Shown here: one piece after another, positions 51,860-64,000 of the stretch | How positions within the stretch are numbered: position 1 is the stretch's first letter | How the letters are laid out: the number at the start of each line of letters is the position of its first letter | Assembly: GCA_025786725.1 (NCBI GenBank) | Contig: JAHLTZ010000020.1 | Location: 310,001 to 374,000 of the forward strand | Direction: 5' to 3' | Origin: Syncephalis fuscata S228 | Taxonomy: Eukaryota > Fungi > Zoopagomycota | Length of the DNA stretch: 64,000 nt | Position numbers and translations under genes: made by a program | Notes under the pieces: model-generated | Told to the model about the DNA's origin: nothing | The model's database searches: none | What the model saw: only the letters and a program-made list of their open reading frames with translations

Positions 51860-53757
51860 GGAAAATTAGAAAAATACACCGTTTTTAACTTTTACCATAA
51901 TAAATTTATTTAATAAATAAATCATTTTTTATTTGCTCCACACTTCATTTTTTGTAATAACGTTGTTACTATTCCACTAAGAGTAGAATAATAAGCAGAT
52001 TACTAATATTATGCTTGGTCTTGAGTGACCTATAATGTTAGTAATTAATGTTATATAAGACTTACTTAATTGTTTTTATTAATAAAGATTGTCAACCTTT
52101 AATTAATAATTTCTACAGAAGTAGAATAAATGACTAGAATATTGTTAGCTTAGATAAAAGGATCAGTTCAGTCTAGCAATCACTGCAAGACTGAAATGAT
52201 CAAAAGGTTCAAAATTCAAATAAAATAAAAAAGAATTTAAACCAAGATAAGATAATGTTTATTAAGATTAAGAAACATAGTTGCCATTTTATAGCAAATG
52301 GTCTTGAATACTGTGAAGGAAGAACTTGAACGGCTTGTCTGTTCAATTTCTTCTTCAAGCGATATGGGGCCAGTGTTACTTTAATAAGTAATATGGGGCC
52401 GTGGATCGCAAATGTTTATAGGCGCTGTGTTTCCTGCTACGAGTTAGAAGCAGTTATAATAGTATGATCGTCGTATCTTGGCTGAAAGTACGACTATCTT
52501 TGTAAGGACCCTGACGATTACCAGAAATGGGAACAATCACGTGATGTAATTATTGCTAATTAAGTTATTTACCACATTTAGTAAATAACGCAATTTACAC
52601 CATAGTTATACAGGTAAATTAGTAACAACGTTTAGCACAAATTAGATACTCTTTAACAGTGTGTTTTCTTTTTTGATAGCTGTTTCATTAGTAGTTTTTA
52701 TCTGTTTAATAAAAACGTTTATTACAACATCAACTACTGCTTCAATACTATTAGTACTAACTTTACACATTATATTTTGTATTGTATTTTTTAAATGTAT
52801 TTACCATAAGTATATTGTTAAAAGTCTTTTAACAAATAAATGCAATTGGCATTGCTGTCAATATTGCTACAATTAACTAAACTACGTAAATAAGCAAAGT
52901 TTTAAATTAAAATTGTTGCATTTATTGTAATTAACTTTTTCCCATCAGGCAATTTAGCTTTGTAACTTTTATTATTCAATAATATTATAACTACATAATA
53001 CTGTTACTCAATAATAATAAAAATGACTTTTATAATCCAATTCATTTAGCTTATATCAGAATCTATACAATTACAACGTTTGTTATAGATATGCTAATTT
53101 GAGCTATTTTTATAAGTTATTTAATAATAATAATAATTAAATTGATATTAAACATTTGATTAACGATTATTTCTATTTCTTTTCCTTCTTTGGTTACTTG
53201 GCCAGTATTGCATCATTTTATTACTATTGCTATAACAATGCCATTTTTTATTGAATTAAAAGCAAATCAAGCTTTGTAATAAAAATAATAACATCTATTA
53301 AGCTGTTACAATTGCTAGTGTATATTAAATAATTAAGTGTGTACTTTATGCTTTTACTTGTACATATTTTGGTTTTATACTTGAGAATATAGCAACATCA
53401 TTTGTAATATGTTTAGCAATAGATTAATAGTATCATTGCCAGAATCATATGTACAACCATTAAAGTGCTTAATATTGTACTGGGTAATCTTTACTAGGCC
53501 AGTTTTCTGCTTTTTGGCAGTCAGAACAAACTGATGTTTGTTGCTGAAACGGTCTTTATGGGGATAAATAAGCTATAATTTTGCTGAATCACTATTTTCC
53601 CTTTTAAAACTGCACCGTCAACAAGATTAAACTTGTCAGCAACTGCCTTCAGTTCTTCAATACTGTTAAATATAGCTTTTTAAATAGTTTGGTAAACATT
53701 TGGTAGATTTTTATAACGGTGTATTTTCTAAATAAAATCAAAAAACTATATTTTTTC
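51860..53757 (-). mobile_element. TIR-bounded non-autonomous MULE derivative, copy D (about 1.9 kb) with unrelated internal insert
   Basis: Left end GGAAAATTAGAAAAATACACCGTTTTT; right end contains AACGGTGTATTTTCTAA. 52700-53720 matches copies A/B; 51900-51975 matches the transposase 3' end (36205-36280). Candidate TSD TACTAAAA(A/T) at 51851 and 53758. Confidence 0.85.
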
Positions 53758-55014
53758 TACTAAAATAGCTTTTAATAATATCACTCTATATATAAACTTT
53801 TACTATTGCTATTACACTAATCTACTGCACTATTGGTAACATAGCAATAAAATGTCACCATTATTTATGATCCATTAGTCGTACAATAAAAAGCCATTTA
53901 TTTATTATATTTTTGTGCAAATATACCCATTTATTTAAAGTATGGCTTGTTAGCTTAAAAGAAACCACTGCTAATAATCTAACAATAAACCAGTTACTAA
54001 TTACTGTAACATAATAGGTTAAGCGCACAGTACAAACGTTATAGAACTATATCATGGGAATATGCAAACAATCCATTAAAGCGTAATTTGGCAATATACC
54101 CATTCATCGCCATACTAATAAGTCTATGTGAACACAAAATCATTGACGCCATTTTAAATTTCATTTATGTTTATGCACAACAAGCAAAATAGCACTTGCG
54201 TGGCTAGTTTTTCTAAATCGCTGCCAATCACCGATGGGTGTTATACCCCACATACACATATAAACGGAACATCTACACACAGACGATCGATAACTCCGCT
54301 TCTTCTCAGATCAATAGGTGATCAGTCGACAGCATTGGCATAAAAAATGTTGACACGCTGTCAATTATAACTTTACGTGCGGAGCCTGACCATTTCTCAG
54401 GCTTTTGCAAACCAGCTAACAACAATCATAAGCCATTCTCATCTTATCGTTCAAGTCCGACAAGGCGCGTGACCTCTACGGACCTACGAGCTAAGTAATT
54501 ATAGATCTAGTGTCCTTTTTCTTAGATGCACACGCACACACGCATCCGTTTACAGTAATACCAATGCATACTACTCTTCCCTTCCTCTCTTACCCTCAGG
54601 CAATCTAGTTATGACCACATTCAAAGTCATTGACATGTCGGAGCTGATAAGGGTCAGTACCAATTGGAGCAACTGCAGCTGCAGCTGGCTATGAAAGAGG
54701 CGTTGCGGTAAAAAAAACCTGCACTGCCTTAAATCTGCACAATGTCGGCCATTAGCAGTCAATTAGTGATGGGAAAATATCTCACGTGAATTATGCCCCA
54801 CATCCATTAGCGATAGCTTTTAAACAATGTCAGCTTCTAAAGATCATTATTACTATAGACACTGGTATTCTAATAATATTAATGGCTGTAATGACATTTT
54901 ATTATTATCGATTTCACTTCCGCCCCTAGTTTATGGCGCGAATTACGCAGCGGTTCGTGTGAACTAGCCAGAACACCGCAACTACTTGCGCCATTGCGCT
55001 ATTGCAGTCTTGTC

Positions 55015-55020
55015 TATAAA
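55015..55020 (+). promoter_or_regulatory. Putative TATA box upstream of the MFS gene's 5' UTR exon
   Basis: TATAAA followed by a pyrimidine-rich tract, then donor GTGAGT at 55392 and acceptor TTTAG near 56008, ahead of ATG 56063. Confidence 0.35.
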
Positions 55021-56062
55021 TGTACCTCCTGGCCGCCCATCGTCCTTCCACTTCTACTGTTCTACATCATCGGCGTCATCCATCTACTCGTTCACCCACT
55101 TGCTGTTCACCACTGCCACTTGTCACATTTATCTGTCATTAATCGTTTGCCTGTCCTCTCCCCTCGCCTCTCCTTCCTTCAAACTTTTCTAATTGTCTTT
55201 ATTTGTTGATATCCATTCCACGATAGTTATTGTTTCGCCTGTTGACTGCCATTGGTGGACACCTTCCCCTTAAACCGGTATACGGAAGTTCCTTGCTTGA
55301 GCTGCAGCTGCACGACAATCCACGCGGTATACCGCTTTCGCCTAGCTATTCGTCATAGTCCGTCTCGTTGATTAATCAAGCCCAGCCTCTGGTGAGTAGA
55401 ACAGCAGTAGCCTTATCATGAACTTGCACTTGTGTAGCATTGAATGAAAACCGTCAGCTAAGAACGAATGTTTTACTGCATGGCATAAAATGTTGACCCG
55501 TTTTCGGCGCAATACTGGTTATGTTCTTGATCTTTTTGGCTTTTGCATTTCACGCGAGTAAGCGAACAGGACTATGTATAAGGGGAACAACGACTTCATA
55601 AAGGCCTTGGTGAACTGGTGTATCATTTTTTTACATTTAGTTCTTCAAAACGACCAATTCTATTTGCTTGCTCCCCCTTTAGTACTCCGTGCGCGCATCA
55701 CATTTGCAACCTCCCAGTTATTTGACACTGCAACAACCTATCCTCCAGCAACTATTTATGTACTATTGCTGCAAACCCTTTTCTTTGCCATAATACCTAT
55801 TTATCTTTTTATTACCCACCGAAGATACTACTGGCCACGACCATTTATAAATCTTTATAACGTACGTGTGTGCGTGTGTAGGCAAACAATAGCTCTCCTT
55901 GCCAAGTTTGTGGTGCCAAGGCACATTTTAATAGCCATTGATTTTATTAGTAACCATACTAACTTTAGTACTTAGAATTTTTATTTACCTTACAATCATT
56001 TACTTTAGTGCTAAAAAGGTTTATTAGCTGACACATTGGCTCCTTAATCAATCCATCACGCT

Positions 56063-57802
56063 ATGACAAGTAAACAAGCAGCCGACCAGCATGCGCTGCA
56101 AATGGAATCTGGATCGACGGTGGTGCCTACGAGTGGCCATCATCAACCAACCTATGCCACCGTAGTACCAACGGCCAGAGACGATGACGAACACTCTGAT
56201 GCTTCTTCTACGAACATTGTACTTCGTGTTATTAAACGCCACTACAGTGGTAATGAACTTAAACGAACAGATGCTCAAATTGAGCGTGAACGTACTTTTT
56301 TTGGCGGCATTGCCTTTAATCGCTGGTTTTTGTTTCCGGCCGCCGTTCTTATTCAATTCTGTTGCGGCTCTCTCTACGCATGGAGCGTATTCAACAAACC
56401 AATCGACAAAGTCATCAACGGTAATCCCGCTGCTGATAAGGCACCTACCACTTTCTACATTGCCGTTGGCTGCTTTGGTGTTTCTGCCGCCGTTATGGGT
56501 CCATGGCTAGAACGCAACGGCCCACGTATGGGTGTACTACTTGGCGCCACTCTCTTTTTCATTGGCAATCTTTTGACTGCACTTGCTATCCACGTCAAGC
56601 ATATGTGGCTGGTCTATGTAGGCTACGGTGTCATTGCCGGTTATGGCATTGGCTTGTCGTATATTTCACCAGTCTCTGCTTTACAAAAATGGTTCCCCGA
56701 CCATCGTGGTATGGCTTCCGGCTTTGCTGTTTGCGGCTTCGGTGCCGGCTCCATTGCTATTGCTAAAATCCCTGACCCACTTTCTGCGTCAGTTGGCCTA
56801 CCGCTGACTTTTGTCATTTTGGGCTCATGCTACTTTGTCCTTATGGTCTTCAGCGCCTATATCCTCCGTATTCCTCCGCCTGATTATAGCGTTAAAGGCA
56901 TGACCTCTGATGGTGACAAGGCTAATGATGCAGCCATTCCCACCACTGATATGAAGGAGCACGGTGCCAACTACCACTCGGTCGCCATTAACGAACAAAA
57001 GGCCAACGAACCACCTACGCGCATTAAATTGACTCTTATTCAGAGCTTGACCAACCGTGAATTCTACATTCTTTACGTAGTCTTTTTTGCCAACTCTGTG
57101 TTTGGTCTTGTAGCCATTTCACGTCTTTCCAACATGATTACCGATTTGTTTGGCAAATCACCCGATGCCGCCTCAACTATTGTATCAATCAACGGCGGTC
57201 TTAACTTGGCCGGCCGCTTGATCTTTGCTACTGTCTCCGATAAATTCGGTCGTAAAATCTGCTATGTTGTTATGCTTACACTACAAACCATTGGCCTTAT
57301 TCTATTGCCTATCTTCACGACACACCAAGTCTACCCGGCCTTCTTGGCAGTTGTGCTTATTATGACGGCTTGCTATGGCGGTGGCTTTGGCGTCATTCCC
57401 GCTTTCCTTACTGATATGTTTGGTAGCAAAAACATTGGTGCCTGCCATGGTGTCATTCTTACTGCCTGGGCCATTGCCGGTGTTGCTGGTGGTCTTATCT
57501 TCACACGTGTCTACCAGGATCAACTTGAAGCCTTTGGCGGCACTCACACCGTCAATGAGCCTCACGGATACAACATTAACTTTTACTGGATTTTGGCCAT
57601 CTGCGCTCTTGGTTGGGTTGTTGTTATGTTCTCGCGCACTTCCATACGCGATCGTTTGTTCCCATCTATTAAGGGTGAGATCATTCGTGTTCGTCTATTT
57701 GGTCGCCTTCTTCGCATCAGCTCTTCAAATGGAATTGAACTTCTTAGCAAGGCTGAAGAAGATCGCATCTGGCGTGAACATTGGGCATCCAAATCTGGTT
57801 AA
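56063..57802 (+). CDS. MFS transporter, oxalate:formate antiporter (OFA)/monocarboxylate family, intronless CDS
   Basis: 579 aa, 12 TM; GSLYAWSVFNKP, GPWLERNGPR, KWFPDHRGMASGFAVCGFGAG, SDKFGRK, CYGGGFGVIPAFLTDMFG. Confidence 0.93.
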   Translation: MTSKQAADQHALQMESGSTVVPTSGHHQPTYATVVPTARDDDEHSDASSTNIVLRVIKRHYSGNELKRTDAQIERERTFFGGIAFNRWFLFPAAVLIQFCCGSLYAWSVFNKPIDKVINGNPAADKAPTTFYIAVGCFGVSAAVMGPWLERNGPRMGVLLGATLFFIGNLLTALAIHVKHMWLVYVGYGVIAGYGIGLSYISPVSALQKWFPDHRGMASGFAVCGFGAGSIAIAKIPDPLSASVGLPLTFVILGSCYFVLMVFSAYILRIPPPDYSVKGMTSDGDKANDAAIPTTDMKEHGANYHSVAINEQKANEPPTRIKLTLIQSLTNREFYILYVVFFANSVFGLVAISRLSNMITDLFGKSPDAASTIVSINGGLNLAGRLIFATVSDKFGRKICYVVMLTLQTIGLILLPIFTTHQVYPAFLAVVLIMTACYGGGFGVIPAFLTDMFGSKNIGACHGVILTAWAIAGVAGGLIFTRVYQDQLEAFGGTHTVNEPHGYNINFYWILAICALGWVVVMFSRTSIRDRLFPSIKGEIIRVRLFGRLLRISSSNGIELLSKAEEDRIWREHWASKSG

Positions 57803-58642
57803 ATCGTACAGTAGATATCAATAAAATAGTATTTCATTTATTGTAATAATAATAATAATAATAGCCATTAACTAATGTTTGATGTCAAAAAACCGTTTAA
57901 TGTTTAAAAAACAATTTGCTATTTGGTTCAAAAGACTTTTAATCCATCCATTCATCTATGATGATGATGGCTATGATAGGTGGTTGTCCGATTAATCTAA
58001 CTTGTTTTTTACTTGTAATGTTTGAACCACAAATAAACCATTTGTAACCAATCATTTGCTACAGTTCAGTGAAACTATTGAGTGAACAAGTATCAAGTTT
58101 GACACTCGCCTTTATTAGTCATTGCATATTCTTCTACAGAACTAATCTGCACCAATGATCAGGCCAGCACAATAGCGCTTTGTTGCAACGGTTTTGATAT
58201 TTGCTAAATGACAGTACAGTGTAACGACATTATATTAAAATAAAACACATTTTACTACCACGTGCATCAATCTATTAATATGTAGCTTGCAACATGTATT
58301 TATCAACGATGGTTTACAGCTTTAATCCATGTGCGTTACACAAACAGGTAATGTGCAGTAGAAGAAAATTTTGTAGGAATGGCAAATGCCGGGCGAACCA
58401 ATCAATGGCTCCTTGCACCTACACGGACAAGTCACACACATATACATATCGCTCACTTCTACGACATGACGTGTCCGGGCAAGTTTAGCACCTTTCCTCC
58501 AGCTCTTTCCACCCAAACTTTTACCAACAGTCCGTCTAGCCGGTATTCTTTTCGCTAGCAATATGAATACAGTATAATTTGCCAGTCGCAAGAGTTCTAG
58601 TCCATCGATTATTTACCTGGTCAAATTAAACGACTATTGAAC

Positions 58643-60153
58643 ATGCTATTGCTTTTAAACAAATTGCCCATCGATGATTTTCGACGTTTTATTTTGAATC
58701 TTGATGGATTGAGCGTGGTACGCCTTAGTACTGCTGTCGCCAGCTAAGAGCTACATTCTTTCTGATACACTGCTGTGGAAACAGCTCTACTATAGCCACT
58801 TTCTCGTCGGTTTACATGTCGCGAAAGAGCTTGACTTTCTATACTGGTGCGCACGACACAGCTGCCGTCCATTGAATCGCATGACGGCCCGTCGATCCTT
58901 TTGAAATCGTTGGACTGGCACGGCGCCTATCGACAACGCGTATGCACAGAAAACAATTGGCGCTACGGCCATTCAAAACGTACGGTTTTGCCGCTACCTT
59001 CACGCCAACGAAGAAAACTGGACGATTAGTAGCCAATGCGCTACCGCCATTCTACTAAATGTAGCAAATTGCACTCAAACCACTCTCCTTATTTTATTGC
59101 GGGTCTTGAAAGTACGCCTATTCACCAAGTACGCAAGCCGCAATCAATCTAGCTGGCACGCCATCTTCAGCAACACTGAGCACACCAGCATTGGTGAAAT
59201 TAAATAGCACACGCGAATGTTTAGCATCAACATTTGTAAACACAATTATGGACGATATGTTTATTGTTATGGTGAGCACATATCCTAAGCTGCATAATAC
59301 TCGTCTTGAAGTTTGGCGTCGTAAAACGTACAAGCTAAACTTCGCACACACACTGCCCTATGGCTGTCGGCTCGAGTCAGTCAGTGGTAAATGGGCCTTA
59401 TTACTTTGCATGGAGTATAATGCTGACAGTGTATTCAACGGTCAAATGATTATTTGGGACCTTGAGCTGAATAGGCAGCATATTAAGGCAATAGACGATC
59501 CATGGGATGGCGTATGCATCTTTCGGGCAACCGAGACGGCCGTGACCGTTTATGCTGCACGGTTAGACTCGGACAATCCAGAACTGATCACATGGACGTT
59601 TTACGAATTTTCGTCGGATGCAGAACCAAAACAATTACTGCAAAATTGTTTTACAACTGAGTTTGAGTTTTACGACTATATTGAACCTTCCCCGCTTGAT
59701 GCGTCGCGTATACTGTTGCAAGAGGTTGACATACGCAACAATCGAAAGCTGCTTATTCACAATGTAATGCCAGATAATCCATCGAGACTGGAGCTCGATA
59801 TGGTGGAGATTCCAGAGGAGCATGTTACAGCTGCTCTACTCTCGCAAGGTAGCTGCTCTAAGATAGGAGATCGGCTATTGGTGGAGAAACAGGATAGATT
59901 CACCTACAACAAAGCTATTTATTGGCCAAATGCCCTCGAGTGTCGGCATATCATCGGTAGCCTTTGTATCATTTATGAAAAGCAAGACGACGATAGTATT
60001 CGTATTGCTCTAGCTGATAATAATCTAGGCACGCGGTTGCGCTATCTTGACTCTTATTCATCAGATCACTTAAACGCCTTTCTTATGACATCCGCGGTAA
60101 TCATTGACAATGACAAGTGTGAAGTCAATATTATTGATTACGGAGCCTTATAG
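58643..60153 (+). pseudogene. F-box domain protein with beta-rich C-terminus; at least 5 frameshifts in the first 550 nt (pseudogene or poor consensus)
   Basis: Repaired N-terminus MLLLLNKLPIDDFRRFILNLDGLSVVRLS..CRQLR..ILSDTLLWKQLYYSHF...LDWHGAYRQRVCTENNWRYG (F-box followed by NWR.G); intact ORF 59191-60153 ending IIDYGAL. Confidence 0.7.
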
Positions 60154-61578
60154 CATTCGAAGTGATGGTCAACTGTTAAATACAACTCCTAACTCAAACA
60201 TAGAATAAAAACAAAGAGAAAGTATAAACACCATGTAGGTTCAGTCTTTTTATGTGATAAAATAACATAACATTTTCTTTTACATGCATTTTAATAATAA
60301 CCTTTAGCCTTTATTATTGAAGGATGTAATTTATTGATATATATATATATATATGTGTGTATATATAAGCAATGCCAATTTGAATTGATACATACCAAGT
60401 TAAATCAGACTAAAATACTTTAGTATTGGCTAGCAAGTAGCGGACAATTCAAGCACATTGTTTCGGCTTTTAGCAATCAATATAATGTCATAGTAACATG
60501 AGTTTAATTACTTATAATCTGAGATGACAAAAAGATGAAAAGTTTTAGTAGACCGCTTGCCATTATACTGAACATAATGTGCCTGTTTTTTACCACCATG
60601 GTATTATGATGCAATAGTGTACGATAGGTATTGTTTTAATAGATAATACCAGGTTAAATCAAAGCTGAATAATCATGTACAGATTTTAACTACTTAATAC
60701 ATAATAAACTTATATTCTATACGTAAACTTTATATGCGATAACGACTCTAAATTACTAGAAAAAAGTATATTATATAAATATTTATTCTATTACACGTCA
60801 CTATACCTAAATATATACTAGCTATATAGCTAGTAAACACATATAAACATTGTATGTATATTAACTATTTGTATATCATTAACATTGCTATATTAAATAT
60901 TTTTTTATTAGCAACTTATTAGTCATTTAGTGTGGTTTAGGGGTCAAATGACTATATTTAACAACACTCGTGCATTTAAACTAGACATTTACTCTTTTAA
61001 ACGCGATGATGGATGGTGAATGATATCGGCTATCAAATATTCATCATTATAGATTCATTATCCAATATACATATACTCTTTATTTACATAAACTATTCCA
61101 GTTTCCACACATACTGCTATTTATTATTTCATGCTATATTGTACAAATTATATTGTTTATATATTTTAAAAAATCTTACTTATTTCATTCATTGCATTAT
61201 ATGTACTATAACCTTAATACTACTTATTATACTTTTATTGTACATTTATATCATTCTATATCATTTTATAATTGCCTAACCATGAACTACATAAATCTGC
61301 CGTTTTTGCCCTAGTTTTATTGTTAATAAACTTGACTTATTTGTTTATTGCGCTTATTAAACTATATATACTTGGAATTTATAGCAAATATAATACCACC
61401 AATATATCATAATATAATATACAATATAATAAATACAGAATAGTAATGATATGGGTGGATAAATGGTATATGCATACTAAATACTAAGCCTATAATAATA
61501 ATAATAATAATAATGCAATGTTTAACTGTCACTTTATACTAATTATGATTATGATTATATGTTTTTATATCTTTGGTG

Positions 61579-64000
61579 TTATTTACGTTGTCGTTTTCGA
61601 CTTGAATCCTCTAAACTATTTGATGTATTTGTTCGCGGCTTTCTTCCTTTACTTGTTGGACACCAAACAATGTCAATTGACTGACCATGATTCATTCGAG
61701 TCAATCGATTACCCTGTGGAGTAAGGGCAGCATACCTAATACAGACACTATTAATTACCATTCATTATAGTTGAAAATTGTTTACTTGCGATATAGTGCT
61801 ATAAGCTGTAAAATGAAATGATTCCTTTAAATAGCCTTGTAATAGGGCAAATAGAATAATATGTTCACAATCCTATATATTAAACAATTAGTTGATAAAT
61901 AATAGACGATTGCTAGTAACTTACCTCTATATTCCACTGCTTTCCTAATAGTTGTAGCTCATGATTAGATAGTGCCTGTTCAATATCTACACGCTTTCCA
62001 CCACAACCACGCCATAGTTCAGCTAGTTTAAGAAATGTCACTCCTGTGCTATCATAACTCGTTTGCTCGCCTATAGTATTCGATGCTTCATTTGATGACT
62101 GAGCCAGTACTTTAACCAGCCGACATAGATCCTCAATCGCTTTCGTAATATTATGAGTAACACTATCGGTACGGGTACAGTTATCACAGTCACCACAATT
62201 AGCTTTAGTCGTCGTCGTTGTTGTAGTAGTAGTTGTTATACGTGAAGTATTACCACCATTATCTATCATTAATGAATAGCGTTCAGGTGAAAAGTAGTGT
62301 TCAAATAAAACACGACGACATGTACGCATATCCTGTGCATACTTCAGTATAGTATAAACATTACGAATACCATGATGGTCTGCCACTACCATTGTGGTTA
62401 ATCGACTGGCATCTTTAGGATGATAATAAAGAACACAATCAGCCACTTGTCCATCACGTCCAGCTCTTCCCGTCTCTTGATAATAGCCTTATAAATCAAT
62501 TAACCAACCAATAGTTAGTTAGTTAATTAGTTAACACATATACCATAGTTACCATCGAGTGATTTGGACGGTGAATGGTGCAGTACATAACGAACATTAG
62601 GCTGGTCAATACCCATACCAAATGCAATAGTGGCCACTACAATAAGAATACGACCTACACGCCATGACTGATGCACTTTATTCTTCCATTCCTATTAACA
62701 ATCAGTATAGTACTATAGTACTATAGTGTAAACATTGATTACCTCAGTGAGATCAGCATGATAAACACCCGTTGCCAAATTATATTGAGCCAATCCTTCT
62801 GCCACTGACTGTGCTTCCCTCTTTGATAAACAGTAAATAATACCTCGTTGGCCCAAATGATGCTCACGAATCCATTCAGACATTGATCTAATTTGATCTA
62901 TTAATGTTTTTGGTTTAGACAGTACATAATATCTTAGATTAGGCCCTATTCAATCCTATTAGTAAATGTAGAATATCAATTATAATAACCTACTTTCCAA
63001 TGGGGCCTGGAAACACACTGTAGCATGTGATCCAGTACGCTTTAATTGAAGAATATCCATTACGGCCTTCTTCACTTCGGGTGGACAAGTCGCCTATTTA
63101 TATCAATTGATTAAATAGTTAATCAAATAGTAATCAAATCACTTACCGTAAGGGCAAGTAACGGTGTTTTAGGAAACATGGTCTATTATCGCCTATATAA
63201 ATACGCTATTATAACAATATTACTATTAATAACTACCTTTAATATACCTAGTTTCTTGTAATCTGGTCTATAATCATGTCCTAGTTGTGAACAACAATGA
63301 CACTCATCAATGACTAGTTGGGCCAATCGACCAGCCTGATAACATTTATCGAGTTGTTGGGTAAATCGTTTACTTTTAGCAATACGCTCTGGTGTCACAT
63401 AGATAAGTGCATGTTGATTAGTTGCTTCACTCTTCTTGCCACTACCGACAAGGATATCACGTACACGGCGACTATCCTCGGGCGTAGATGAAGCAGTCAA
63501 GGCAACGGCAACAATGTTTGCTCTTTCCAGTGCAAATACTTGATCGTGCATCAATGCAATAAGCGGTGATATAACAAGTGTAACCCCTTGCTTTAATAAA
63601 GCGGGTAACTGATAACACAGCGATTTGCCACCGCCTAGAATACCCGTCAATAGATTGATATCAATATACATATCTATAGATATAGATATAGATTACCTGT
63701 AGGCATAATCGCTAGTACATCCTTGTTGTGCATCACTGCATTCAGTACTGGTAACTGTGCTGGTCTATAACTTGTAATGCCCCAATGTTCTTGGGCTAGT
63801 AAGCGTAACTGCTTTGACCAGGAAAAGTCTTCTTGTGCCCAGTCTATGGTTGACGAGCTATTTAAATGCATATTATCCATATCATTAGCTTCAATGGCTT
63901 CGATATATGCTTCACTATCTTCAATAGTTGGATATGATTGATATTGAGCAATTAGTTGTTCTAATTCATGGCGTCGTTCCGTTAATTGCTCTATTTGCTG
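61579..64000 (-). CDS. RECQL: RecQ helicase, RECQ1/RECQL orthologue (5' partial, multi-exon)
   Basis: [10 protein letters not shown]-terminus, [81 protein letters not shown], Zn-binding CRR..C.DCDNC, winged-helix hairpin FTAYSTISY. Confidence 0.92.

Noticed and set aside
55392-56008. TPP riboswitch in the transporter's leader intron
   Set aside because: Conserved CUGAGA and GAUAAUxCxxGCG core elements not found.
60240-61500. Very AT-rich tract (also 4050-4530) as possible transposon relic
   Set aside because: No TIRs, repeat match or translatable motifs could be identified by eye.
1-64000. CRISPR arrays, tRNA/rRNA genes, U12-type introns, biosynthetic gene cluster
   Set aside because: No spaced direct repeats, cloverleafs or rRNA motifs noticed, and no RTATCCTT donors in the introns examined. 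AASDH and tyrosinase are separated by unrelated housekeeping genes.

Overview
Eukaryotic, intron-rich, AT-rich fungal DNA. Short 45-65 nt GT-AG introns, lineage-typical orphan 7TM and F-box families, and retention of AASDH, RECQ1 and FHIP point to an early-diverging fungus, plausibly a Zoopagomycota mycoparasite such as Syncephalis (inference). Housekeeping genes: REV7 (5' partial), AidB/ACAD11-like acyl-CoA dehydrogenase ending in SRL, eIF3b, KCS1-like IP6 kinase, RPR2-like subunit, verprolin, CK2 beta, AASDH-type A-T-PQQ enzyme, FHIP/FAM160-like protein, OFA-family MFS transporter and RECQ1 (5' partial). Accessory genes: three GPCR-like 7TM genes, a bacterial-type VAT-1 reductase, a Crinkler-like Ubl-REase gene in a GC-richer island, a degenerate hexokinase with a ~390 aa insertion, a secreted tyrosinase and a broken F-box gene. 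A decayed Mutator (MULE) transposase and five derivatives are scattered through the window. Two derivatives form 972-bp inverted arms around the acyl-CoA dehydrogenase, one TIR-bounded copy carries a foreign-looking insert, and copy differences are almost all G>A/C>T transitions. Many genes carry 1-bp frameshifts in short base runs, probably assembly errors. All gene models and alignments were made by eye; no searches were run.
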